The position numbers and the translations under genes are program-made. From positions 34,021 through 98,020 of IMG/VR virus record IMGVR_UViG_3300001687_000013: 64,000 bases of DNA; one strand, given 5' to 3'. How positions within the stretch are numbered: position 1 is the first letter of the stretch; the number at the start of each line of letters is the position of its first letter. The notes beneath the pieces were generated by a model that made no database searches, was not told where the DNA came from, and saw only the letters and a list, made by a program, of their open reading frames with translations. This DNA is from a virus (Duplodnaviria; Caudoviricetes). This document shows, piece by piece, positions 50,039 through 59,232 of the stretch.

Positions 50039-50383
50039 TTATCTCTTAGAAAGGCATTCAATTAAATTATATTTTAACTTTTTTTCTAAATTTTTTATTG
50101 ATTTCTCAATCTCATTGAGAACATCTTTTATCTCAATGTCTAAATTGTTAGACATTAAAAATTCTAACATATTGAATTTATATAAAGAATCAAAATTAAA
50201 GGTTTTATCCTTTAAAAAGTCTGAATCCAAGTCCGAAGAAAGTAATAAAACCAATTTATTACCCTCAAGTATCAAATTAAGTTTGACATCAGCATTTTTA
50301 CTGCAAACATCCACCGATTTTTGAGACTCGGATTGAATAGAGTTTTCACCAATTTTTTGTAAAAAATATCCTGACTTACTCAT
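50039..50383 (-). CDS. hypothetical protein with leader-like N-terminus (MSKSGYFLQKIGE)
   Basis: Operon context. Confidence 0.5.
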   Translation of the reverse strand: MSKSGYFLQKIGENSIQSESQKSVDVCSKNADVKLNLILEGNKLVLLLSSDLDSDFLKDKTFNFDSLYKFNMLEFLMSNNLDIEIKDVLNEIEKSIKNLEKKLKYNLIECLSKR

Positions 50384-50390
50384 TTTTTAT

Positions 50391-50753
50391 TTATCCAATA
50401 TTCAGAGCTTCAGCAATCCTATCAATAATATTTGTTTTAGTTCCAGAATCATCCAGACCTAAGGAAATAGCTAAAGTTTTAAGTTCATCCTTAAGCATAG
50501 CTTTTAGATCACTAACACTTTTAGGACTATTATCTTCTTCTTGTACTTCAGGTTCTACTGGTTCGGGTTCTGATTCAGTTTCAGCTACTTCAGGCTCCAT
50601 AACTTCAGGTTCTTTTACCTCTTCAACTGGTTTAACCTCTTCAACTTTCGTTTCAACCTTTTTTTCTACTTCTTTATGAACACCCAAGATTTTAAGATAG
50701 GTATCTAAACTCTTCTGATCAACCTTAGGTTTTATAGTGGTATTATTAGACAT
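50391..50753 (-). CDS. SAP/Rho-N-like domain protein with an acidic linker
   Basis: LKAMLKDELKTLAISLGLDDSGTKTNIIDRI. Confidence 0.7.
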   Translation of the reverse strand: MSNNTTIKPKVDQKSLDTYLKILGVHKEVEKKVETKVEEVKPVEEVKEPEVMEPEVAETESEPEPVEPEVQEEDNSPKSVSDLKAMLKDELKTLAISLGLDDSGTKTNIIDRIAEALNIG

Positions 50754-50770
50754 TTATAAAAACTCCCCAA

Positions 50771-50810
50771 TAAAAATAAAGGGAAGGAGAAGGTATCCCC
50801 TCTCCTCCCC
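50771..50810 (-). terminator. rho-independent terminator after the MCP gene
   Basis: GGGAGGAGAGG-loop-CCTTCTCCTTCCC stem followed by TTTATTTTT on the minus strand. Confidence 0.7.
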
Positions 50811-50828
50811 AGTATTAAATAGATTAAA

Positions 50829-52277
50829 TTACATATTTGTAATTTTTATCATAGATGTGAAACCTTCAACAACTGTGTCAACAGCAGCAGCGTGAGCTAC
50901 ACCAGTAACACGGTTGAATACGTTCCGTCCTATACCCTTTACAACTACTATTGGTAGATAAGGAGCATAAACTACAGGAGCTTCAAACCATGAAGAACCC
51001 CTATAACCTACAACACACTCATCATCAGCTACCAAAGCTTTTGGTGCATAGAATACAGGTACATTCTGATAGAAACCAATTAGGTATGGCCCAGGAATTG
51101 GTTTACGATTCATTTCAACACCGATAGACTGTAGAATCCTACGTGTATAGGAACCAGCTACGATGAAACTCAATGCCCCACGACCTGTTTCGGCATCAAT
51201 CTTCTGTACTGCCTCTTCGATAGCATCGGAGAAAGTTCTACGATGTTCGGCTGTAGAAACACCAGCAGGAAGAGTAGCATCCCAGTTAGTTGTACCAGTT
51301 GTGTTAGCAGCAAGTTTTAACTTCTTGATGATAGCTGTAAGAACAGCACTATTGATCTGACCAACAGCAGCAGAAGCTACGTCATCAGATACGGCCTCTC
51401 CGAAACGTCTCCGTACAGAGTAATCAGCCAAGGTACTATATTCGTTTTCCAATACAAAGTAATTGGCACGAACAGCCTTAGAAGTTAGCCGATACAAGAA
51501 ACCAGGAATTGTGGTTGCTTGTGCTAAATTCTGATGATAAGTAATAACAATAGAACCAGAAGTTGCGTCAGCAATTTCTACTTCAATGTTAGAATCACCA
51601 GTATCATAATTTACATCACCAGTGTTGAGGTCAGCAGGTGTAGGCCAGTTACCAATTATGTAACCATCACCGTCATCAAGACCACGATATGTACCTGCAT
51701 TGGCACCGTCATCAATTGTGATAACTACACTTATAGTTCTTGCCCTTACGGGGGAACTTAGTGTAATATCATAGTGATCTGTGGTAGCTACCAAAGCAGT
51801 TGTACTTGTTAGTTGTTCACTGTAATAGGTATCCAACTCGTTAGAGAGCTTTCCACCCTTTTTACCAATGATATCGCCAGCAGTAATGTCACCCCTTGTT
51901 GCAGTGGCTACTAACTCACGATAATAAATAAGACCAACTTCATCAGCCAAAGGCTGTACTGAAGCTAAGAAAGAAGCAGGAAGGGTAATATACTGAATTG
52001 CAGCAAGTCCCAATCCAACTTTCATATAATCGCCAAGCTGATCCCTTGTGGTTACATCGGCTTCAGCAATCTGGCAATATGTTTCCCATTGCTCCATATA
52101 CTGACCTAAAGCAACGGTATCATGGAGACCCCAGGTCTTCCCATGAGATTTGTAAGTTTCATCATATGTTTTAGCTGCTTCTTCGATATAATCACCATAA
52201 CGTTTCTCGAATCTTTCAGCATCATTTTTGAACTTATTCATGATGAACTCTTCGGTAATTTGAAGATCTTGTTCCAT
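50829..52277 (-). CDS. major capsid protein (T4 gp23-like)
   Basis: SVQPL...GLIYY and APVVYAPYLP motifs; probable IAE72|A maturation site. Confidence 0.9.
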   Translation of the reverse strand: MEQDLQITEEFIMNKFKNDAERFEKRYGDYIEEAAKTYDETYKSHGKTWGLHDTVALGQYMEQWETYCQIAEADVTTRDQLGDYMKVGLGLAAIQYITLPASFLASVQPLADEVGLIYYRELVATATRGDITAGDIIGKKGGKLSNELDTYYSEQLTSTTALVATTDHYDITLSSPVRARTISVVITIDDGANAGTYRGLDDGDGYIIGNWPTPADLNTGDVNYDTGDSNIEVEIADATSGSIVITYHQNLAQATTIPGFLYRLTSKAVRANYFVLENEYSTLADYSVRRRFGEAVSDDVASAAVGQINSAVLTAIIKKLKLAANTTGTTNWDATLPAGVSTAEHRRTFSDAIEEAVQKIDAETGRGALSFIVAGSYTRRILQSIGVEMNRKPIPGPYLIGFYQNVPVFYAPKALVADDECVVGYRGSSWFEAPVVYAPYLPIVVVKGIGRNVFNRVTGVAHAAAVDTVVEGFTSMIKITNM

Positions 52278-52324
52278 TATTTCATTCTCCTATTTGAGTG
52301 AATTAAAATTAACTAAACTAATGT

Positions 52325-52987
52325 TTAGTCAGTTTTCCTATTGTGATTCATTTGACCAGCAACTCGACTGATGATGGAAGCACTAAGTTTACCCTTTTTA
52401 GTTTCGGGTTTCTTCCCGTCTTTACCATCTTCATTTTTTGTTTCTTTACGAGTTGTTAGACTTTCACTTAGCAACTCCTCTACAACTTCAAAGTCTTCGA
52501 CCTTATTGTAAAGTCTAATTGCTAAATCAGAACTTACATTGTACTTTGTGGCAATGGATTCACACTTAGATGTAACCATTGCATCACTGAATTTCTTAAA
52601 AACTTCCTGAATTTCAGCTACTTCACCAAGTTCTTTGTAAGCTGTGATAGTTTTGATTGCTCCGTCAAGAGCTTCGTCTACTTCATCGGGACTTCCGAGT
52701 TCTTTGTAGGCTACTAAAAGATTGTATGACTTATCAAGGGCTTCAGTTACTTCATCTACAGAACCGAGTTCTTTGTATTGATTTAATTCTTCTAACTGAG
52801 CTTTTACTTCCTTAATGTCAATACCATCAAGACTTTCTACCAAGGAGGTAGCTTTGTCAAGAGCTACTGTGATCTCTTCAGGAGTTCCGAGTTCTTTATA
52901 GGCAGCTATGGTCTGGTCAAGATCCTGAACTACCTCTGTTAGAGCTTGTTTTTCCTTTAAAAGTTGCTCTGCTAATTTATCAGACAT
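52325..52987 (-). CDS. prohead scaffold protein (gp22-like) with four YKELG repeats
   Basis: Coiled-coil, acidic, lies between protease and MCP. Confidence 0.7.
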   Translation of the reverse strand: MSDKLAEQLLKEKQALTEVVQDLDQTIAAYKELGTPEEITVALDKATSLVESLDGIDIKEVKAQLEELNQYKELGSVDEVTEALDKSYNLLVAYKELGSPDEVDEALDGAIKTITAYKELGEVAEIQEVFKKFSDAMVTSKCESIATKYNVSSDLAIRLYNKVEDFEVVEELLSESLTTRKETKNEDGKDGKKPETKKGKLSASIISRVAGQMNHNRKTD

Positions 52988-53176
52988 TTTATATATCTCC
53001 TATTAAAAATAAATATTTTACATTTTTACGAAAACGTAATACAAAACGAAATTTTAGACAACAAGTGTCTCAACAAGAATTTCCATACACATTATGTTTT
53101 GTGCTGCTATCTACATTGACTAACTACTCTACGTCTATACTATCCCTCCACTAAACAATACAGTTATTGGTTTACG

Positions 53177-53851
53177 TTATATAGTTCTTAAAATAAAATT
53201 TATATCTCTTTCAAGCTTTTTAGCTCTGGATTCAGCTTCGATCTTATTTATGATAAGATCCTGATAATTATCAAGATAACATTCAGCCAATGTTACAAGC
53301 TGTTCACCAACAAATTCAGGTGCAGCTTCCAGGAAACCAGGTTCTAATACCCAATCAAAAGTATTGAACATATAATGATTTTCATCAACAATTGGCATCC
53401 CCTGATAAGTCTTTCCGTCAACATATTTTCCATATGCCCTACTGGAAACATAAAGTTTTACCAGTCCGCTTTTCTGGAAAGTATCAACAATACGACCAAC
53501 AGGAGTATCTAAAATATAAGCCTCTCCCATTCCTTTGTTTTGTCCTTCAATCCATAGTTTTTTAACTACGTGAGAAGCATACATAGGGTGAGAAAACTTT
53601 GACTTTGGTTCTGGATGTAACAATGTCCCCAGCATTCCATCACGCAACTTTGTTTGTGTGGTTGCTGATTCCAAAATTTTAGGCCAAAGGGTAGGTGGAT
53701 AATATCTCTTATTCCTACTAACTCCACCAGGAACAAAGAATTGACCTACAGCATGGGCCAGTATTTTATTTCTCCCATCCTCCCCACCAACTGACTCATA
53801 TATTGCTGGTTCATAAGGTGTAATGTCATCCACAAAAGTTAAAAGATCCAT
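53177..53851 (-). CDS. prohead protease (T4 gp21-like)
   Basis: NKRYYP, GTLLHP, ILDTPVG, VSSRAYG, FDWVLEPGF..A. Confidence 0.9.
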   Translation of the reverse strand: MDLLTFVDDITPYEPAIYESVGGEDGRNKILAHAVGQFFVPGGVSRNKRYYPPTLWPKILESATTQTKLRDGMLGTLLHPEPKSKFSHPMYASHVVKKLWIEGQNKGMGEAYILDTPVGRIVDTFQKSGLVKLYVSSRAYGKYVDGKTYQGMPIVDENHYMFNTFDWVLEPGFLEAAPEFVGEQLVTLAECYLDNYQDLIINKIEAESRAKKLERDINFILRTI

Positions 53852-54495
53852 TATTTATCTCCCTCTTCAAGAATTTCTTTCACAATTTCACAGTCTTGAC
53901 CAATATAGCCTATTAATTCACAAATATCATAGACTTCTGGATAGTTATAACTCTCCAAAAGCCCAGAATTCAATAGATCAGACATATATTCACATAATGA
54001 CTGAATAACCAAAGGAGCTAACTGCTCATAATCATATCCAGCATTAACCTGACTTCGTTTATTCTTATTAAATCTCCCAAGCATTCTATGAAATTGTCTT
54101 CCACTTGAAGATTTGTGCCAACGTTTAATTGGCTTCATATATCTTGATCTTCCACGTTGCCAAGCCCTTTTTGTAGCTTGTCTTCGTCTTACGTTACTAA
54201 CCCTACTTCGTCTGACTCGTCCTATTCGTGATCTTAAGTTAAGCCAGTCCTCAAAGATACTAAATTTATATCTAAAATCAGCTTCATCTGAAGATTCATT
54301 CCATCCCAACTTTTTGACACATTTTTCCCCAATAATTTTCTTCAAGACTCCTACAACAAATTTGTAAAAATTGGGATCTCCTTCTTTCAAACCCTTATTT
54401 TCAGCTTGATTTTTGGCATCATCCCAATATTTTTCAAGATCATCAGGAGTTATGTCACACGTTTTAGATATCTTTTGTAGCATATTTACAGGCAT
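53851..54495 (-). CDS. prohead core protein with an Arg-rich segment
   Basis: Lies between portal and protease; helical N-domain plus an R/K-rich stretch. Confidence 0.55.
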   Translation of the reverse strand: MPVNMLQKISKTCDITPDDLEKYWDDAKNQAENKGLKEGDPNFYKFVVGVLKKIIGEKCVKKLGWNESSDEADFRYKFSIFEDWLNLRSRIGRVRRSRVSNVRRRQATKRAWQRGRSRYMKPIKRWHKSSSGRQFHRMLGRFNKNKRSQVNAGYDYEQLAPLVIQSLCEYMSDLLNSGLLESYNYPEVYDICELIGYIGQDCEIVKEILEEGDK

Positions 54496-56099
54496 TATGC
54501 AATTTCCCCAGGATTATCAACTACAATAGTTTTATCCGCACCAGGCTCCCCAACAGTAGGTTCTGGTTCAGGTTTTTCTTGACCAAAATTTCCCCACCTT
54601 GGTTCTTCATCATCTTCAGGTGGTTTTTCATCCTCTGGGGGTTCTGGTTTCTTAAGTTTCTTAAGATCAAAAATCTTTCTACCCAGAATAGGCTCCAACT
54701 TGGTATTAAGAATATCAAGCATAGCTCTTCTATCAAGTTCTGGAAGAGTCTCTTCAGTTTCTTGAAACATCCTATTAAAATCATCAATGATTCTCTGGAT
54801 ATTGCTTAACATTCCAGATAAAGAATCAGCAACATCAATAGCATCTAAAGTCTCTATCCCTGGAACTGGGGGTAATTTAACCTTCAGTTCATCAGACTTT
54901 ATCATTTTATACTTCTCACCACTTGTTCTTCTATACTCCAAATAATTGAGTAAGAATCTTTTAACACCCTTTCCAATTTCCTTTCGGATAAAGTGAAGCT
55001 TCTGCAAATAAGTGAGAAGTGTTTTAGGATCTTCTTGGCCTTGTCCCAAATCAATAATATAAGAAACAGGAACTCCAATCCTATTTGCAATGGTAGCTAC
55101 AAGATATTCCATGTCTCTAAGATCAACAGTACGGGGTTCAGGTTGATCCCTCACTCCCATATCAGCTTTTCCCGTGTTAAGAGATGGAATACATTTAAAT
55201 CTACCAAAGGAGGAAAGTATCTCCTCCATAGTATTCAAACTAAGATTCAAATTCAAAGTAGAATTCAATTGTTTCTCATACTCTTTACAGATTTCAAATA
55301 TCTGCTTTATAGGAGTATTAGGTGGAACACTGATATTTACAATCTGACCCCTATCCATCCTCATAACTTGAGTCAGAGGAATTAATTTTTCCATCAAAGC
55401 TAAAGAATTAAGAAGTGTTATAGCAGAAGGTATAACAAATGGTATAGGAATTTTTACATAATATTCACTACCACTCTCATCTCTAACCTTTATCTTCATC
55501 CTTCGACTTGGTAAAGAAAGTATGAAAACTTCATGAGATTCTATAAATTTATCTCTTGTAAATTCACCATATTTATGTAAGGTATTAGTAGAAGCAGTAT
55601 ATAAAACTTTTTCTACTTCTCCCCTGGTATAGACTGGTAATAGATCAGGATAATCATAACGATCATCTATTTCAGTATTTGCCCAGTCAATATAATAATA
55701 ATATTCCCCGAACAGTAAAAGATCAAACATACATTCAGTAATGTGATCCTCTATTCTGAAGTTCTTTATAATCTCATTAAGATCATTTTGAACACCTTTG
55801 TCAGGTGTATATTCTACTTCCAATAAGGGTTTTTGTTCCCCTCTTCCCTTCCAAAGAAGATCGGTAATAACCTTCAACAGTAATGACTCAACCAATGGTT
55901 GATTTTGAAGTTCAGTATAAGTTTTAAAAAGTTGTTTTTTACTACCTATCTGTCCTCTTAAACCATCCAACAATTGTTGTATCAGATTATTTTTATTATC
56001 TTTTAAATCAGGTATAATGGGATAAAACTCTGGTTCAGATACAGTATATCTTATGCCCAATAGAGATTTTAATCTCTTTTCTAAATTTATTCTACTCAT
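54495..56099 (-). CDS. portal protein (gp20-like)
   Basis: Directly follows TerL; LFGEYY and DMEYL...IGVP.SY motifs; size. Confidence 0.75.
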   Translation of the reverse strand: MSRINLEKRLKSLLGIRYTVSEPEFYPIIPDLKDNKNNLIQQLLDGLRGQIGSKKQLFKTYTELQNQPLVESLLLKVITDLLWKGRGEQKPLLEVEYTPDKGVQNDLNEIIKNFRIEDHITECMFDLLLFGEYYYYIDWANTEIDDRYDYPDLLPVYTRGEVEKVLYTASTNTLHKYGEFTRDKFIESHEVFILSLPSRRMKIKVRDESGSEYYVKIPIPFVIPSAITLLNSLALMEKLIPLTQVMRMDRGQIVNISVPPNTPIKQIFEICKEYEKQLNSTLNLNLSLNTMEEILSSFGRFKCIPSLNTGKADMGVRDQPEPRTVDLRDMEYLVATIANRIGVPVSYIIDLGQGQEDPKTLLTYLQKLHFIRKEIGKGVKRFLLNYLEYRRTSGEKYKMIKSDELKVKLPPVPGIETLDAIDVADSLSGMLSNIQRIIDDFNRMFQETEETLPELDRRAMLDILNTKLEPILGRKIFDLKKLKKPEPPEDEKPPEDDEEPRWGNFGQEKPEPEPTVGEPGADKTIVVDNPGEIA

Positions 56100-56101
56100 A
56101 A

Positions 56102-57919
56102 TTAACCATTAAACCCTATAGCTAAAGTTGAATTATCAAAGTATTCAAGTTGTCCATATTCTTCTTGGACAATTGATTGTATAATTGGAAACTGTTTGTA
56201 TGCTGTATATGCTGAATAGACACTACAAGCAACAGCATCAGCACAGTCCTTACTTCCGTTTGGTGGGTGATCAATCTTTTTTCCAACATCCAGAAGATCT
56301 TTTAATTCATCATATAAAATAGTATATTTAGGCCCTAACCATCGTTTCTGTAGGATAGATTCTTTTAATTTCTCATAAGGATCTTTTGTAAGATCGGCTG
56401 AAAGTTTTTCAGCAGTATATCCCATAAGAATAAGATCCTGTCTTAAGTTATCAGATTGAAACCCATCCATTGTAATTTTTGTCAATGGGTAGCCTAAATT
56501 AGAGAGATCTCTAATAAAATTTTTCAGTTTGTAAATAGGAATTTCAGAACCTTTTTTAGCTTCTATAGTAAAGGCAAACTCAGTCATAAAGAAAGGTTCA
56601 TTTACCGTAATAATCTTACCAGTAGAAGCATCCCTTAGTTTTATTGGTAAAACTTCAGATACAAAAGAACTTGCAACTCCCAATCTATCCATTTTTCCAA
56701 GACTCATATCAAAATGAAGATATCTTGGAGTATATTGAAATTGTGGAAGAGAAAGTTTGTTTTTCTCTAAGTAATCCAATAAAATATCTGTAGGATCGTG
56801 AAAATCCAATACAATAATTTCCCGTTTTACAGGGTTTGGTAGCTTTGTAGCCTTAGCAATAAGTTGTTTAGATGGTATAAATGTATGGACAGAACCAATA
56901 GAATGACCTGCCATTTCTCTTAAAGCAGAAAAAATATCATACTTAAAAGAATTATAATGTTCTACTGGAACGTCAATTATTCTTGCTTCATCTAAACCAT
57001 AAGCGTCACTTGGACGTTCTATTATTCTGGGATCTCTGTGGTCGTCCCCAACAAAAACTTTAAAAGTTTTTCCACAATATGGAGATCTACCTTGTTCATC
57101 AACCTTATGTTTTAATAATTCCCAAAGAGGATAATCATAAACTTGAGTATTAGTATTATCCCTCATCTTAATAATGTGTTGTTCAAGAAAGCCTTCTTCG
57201 TTTGTTTTTGAAGAAACTAACCACATCCTGGCAAAATAACCACCAGCCCTTAAAAATCGAGATTCAACCCTACGTTTTACTGACATGTAGTTTTTATAAG
57301 CTTGAGCTTTAACTTTGTTTTGAAAATTAATTTCATCCAGGATAGCTCCGATAACATCCATACCAAGAGCGTGTGAAGGTCTTGACCCAACAAATAAGTC
57401 TACATTTTTCTTAAATAGACTTCTCTTGTATCGAGAGGTATTTAAAAACATACGAAACCTGGGGGAAGTATGAATCATATCAGTCATTTGATCAAAAACA
57501 ACATTTCCAGCTAAAGTTAAAGTAGCACTCATAATAGCAAAAGCTATCTTTTTTGCTGGCCCTGTACCAAATTTCCCATGAGGATTATCTAACATACAAA
57601 CTCTGGCAACATCATATAAACCACCAATAGTTGCTATCAAACTTTTTCCCGTACCAATAGCCCCAGTAAAAACTACTTCACTATAGGGACTATGAAAAGG
57701 ATTTGGAAAAATTTCATAAAGAGCTTTTCTCCAAGGTGGATAAATGTAAGGTAAAGAGTCTTTTAACCAATCCGAACTATCTATAAATTCCTGTATAGTG
57801 GGAGGAGCTTGTTCATATCCTAACATTTTAGCTAAGACATTATATAATTCCTTTTCCCCATAAGCTTCAAGTATCTGTTCACATAATTGAGAATATGGAT
57901 CTATCTTCTTTTCTTCCAT
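56102..57919 (-). CDS. terL: terminase large subunit
   Basis: Walker A GAIGTGKS, Walker B ILDE, nuclease HFDMS, DGFQS, KIDHP..GSKD.ADA. Confidence 0.95.
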   Translation of the reverse strand: MEEKKIDPYSQLCEQILEAYGEKELYNVLAKMLGYEQAPPTIQEFIDSSDWLKDSLPYIYPPWRKALYEIFPNPFHSPYSEVVFTGAIGTGKSLIATIGGLYDVARVCMLDNPHGKFGTGPAKKIAFAIMSATLTLAGNVVFDQMTDMIHTSPRFRMFLNTSRYKRSLFKKNVDLFVGSRPSHALGMDVIGAILDEINFQNKVKAQAYKNYMSVKRRVESRFLRAGGYFARMWLVSSKTNEEGFLEQHIIKMRDNTNTQVYDYPLWELLKHKVDEQGRSPYCGKTFKVFVGDDHRDPRIIERPSDAYGLDEARIIDVPVEHYNSFKYDIFSALREMAGHSIGSVHTFIPSKQLIAKATKLPNPVKREIIVLDFHDPTDILLDYLEKNKLSLPQFQYTPRYLHFDMSLGKMDRLGVASSFVSEVLPIKLRDASTGKIITVNEPFFMTEFAFTIEAKKGSEIPIYKLKNFIRDLSNLGYPLTKITMDGFQSDNLRQDLILMGYTAEKLSADLTKDPYEKLKESILQKRWLGPKYTILYDELKDLLDVGKKIDHPPNGSKDCADAVACSVYSAYTAYKQFPIIQSIVQEEYGQLEYFDNSTLAIGFNG

Positions 57920-57941
57920 TTATCTCACACCCTTTATTCAC

Positions 57942-58220
57942 TTATTCCTTTTTTTCTCCCTCATACCATTTGGCTAATTTTTCTTGCATACCATCAGCCC
58001 ATTTTGATAATTCAGGATTTTGTTTACTATTCCAAACTTTAAGATTAATCAAAGCTTTGGAAATAGTTTCAAAACTATGTTTATCAACCAGTTTCTTAAA
58101 ATGATCCAATCCCAAGTCATCAACTTTTTTTCCGACTGGAACTTCCAGTATACCTTCATGTTCTACTGGGATTTTGATTTTTTGTTCATATAGATCAACA
58201 AATTTATCAAATTTTGACAT
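57942..58220 (-). CDS. leader-bearing small protein (MSKFDKFVDLYE)
   Basis: GAGGA RBS; leader motif. Confidence 0.6.
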   Translation of the reverse strand: MSKFDKFVDLYEQKIKIPVEHEGILEVPVGKKVDDLGLDHFKKLVDKHSFETISKALINLKVWNSKQNPELSKWADGMQEKLAKWYEGEKKE

Positions 58221-58225
58221 TGTAT

Positions 58226-58504
58226 TTATCCTCTTAGTTTCTCTTTTACAGGAACACTTTCTTCTTTGGCTATTCTCTGTATCATTTTCCTATGGACTTC
58301 AGTTACAGGACTAAGAGATAATCCTTCCTGATCCTCTTTTATAAAACCTGTCTTGACTGCATGAAAAATATCCTGTGTCATTCTGACAAGTTTGTATTCT
58401 CTATTGTTTCTAAAAGTAAAGGTGGATATAATCTTACCCATTAATTCATTTATTTTCATAGACAAATCTTGTGCCTTACTTTTTTCCATTTTTGATTTCC
58501 CCAT
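58226..58504 (-). CDS. leader-bearing small protein (SKAQDLSMKINE)
   Basis: Leader motif; overlapping ORF. Confidence 0.55.
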   Translation of the reverse strand: MGKSKMEKSKAQDLSMKINELMGKIISTFTFRNNREYKLVRMTQDIFHAVKTGFIKEDQEGLSLSPVTEVHRKMIQRIAKEESVPVKEKLRG

Positions 58505-58715
58505 TGACCATTTTTACCATGTTGTTATAGAATTTTCTTTCCTTACCATTCTTAACATCATCAGAATACTTGGTTCCCTTTTTCTTTTCAATTTGACTAA
58601 CCATTTTTGATGCTGCTGACTTCAAGACTTTTTTCTCTTCATCTGTGATATGAGTATCATCAGAATCAATATCATCTTCTTCCAACATAGCTAAAATTTC
58701 TCGTGCTTTACTCAT
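58476..58715 (-). CDS. leader-bearing small protein (MSKAREILAMLEE)
   Basis: ATG 58715 overlaps the end of the upstream gene; leader motif. Confidence 0.6.
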   Translation of the reverse strand: MSKAREILAMLEEDDIDSDDTHITDEEKKVLKSAASKMVSQIEKKKGTKYSDDVKNGKERKFYNNMVKMVNGEIKNGKK

Positions 58716-59232
58716 TTTCGTCTGTATCCCCAATTAGTTTCTTTTCAGGTTCTTCAACCTCCATGCCAAGGCTTTTGACATTTTTTGCTAAGAACTCAGC
58801 TAATGCTGACATATCAGCAGGTATACTTCCACTGTCCGATACCTGGGTTTTAGCTCTTAATGTAATGAGATCAGCTTCGATCTTAGGCCAATCAACCTTA
58901 TCAACAGTAGTTCTAATGTAATCAGTAATATCTTTTAGAGCATCAGTAGCGGTTTTATAAAGTTTAAAAACCTCTGCTGGCTCCATTTGTCTCAAAGTTT
59001 CTTCCTTGAAAACAATTTCTTCAAGTCTTCTTGTAGTCTCAGTTAAAAGAAAAAGTCTCTCACTCTGGGTTTCTGCCATACCTAATAAAACAAACTGTAA
59101 TCCTAAAGATTTCAGTTTCCAGTCATGATAATTTTTTCCTTTTCTTCTAACTAAATCCATTGCATAATCAAGAGTTGACTTTTCTTCTTGGTTAGTTAAA
59201 TTTTTATCTTTTTTGTCTGCCATAATAATCAC
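58708..59232 (-). CDS. putative terminase small subunit
   Basis: Helical ~170-aa protein upstream of TerL; called on position only. Confidence 0.4.
   Translation of the reverse strand: MIIMADKKDKNLTNQEEKSTLDYAMDLVRRKGKNYHDWKLKSLGLQFVLLGMAETQSERLFLLTETTRRLEEIVFKEETLRQMEPAEVFKLYKTATDALKDITDYIRTTVDKVDWPKIEADLITLRAKTQVSDSGSIPADMSALAEFLAKNVKSLGMEVEEPEKKLIGDTDENE

Noticed and set aside
56102..57919. Intein or intron in TerL
   Set aside because: 605 aa with contiguous ATPase and nuclease motifs and no intein signature.
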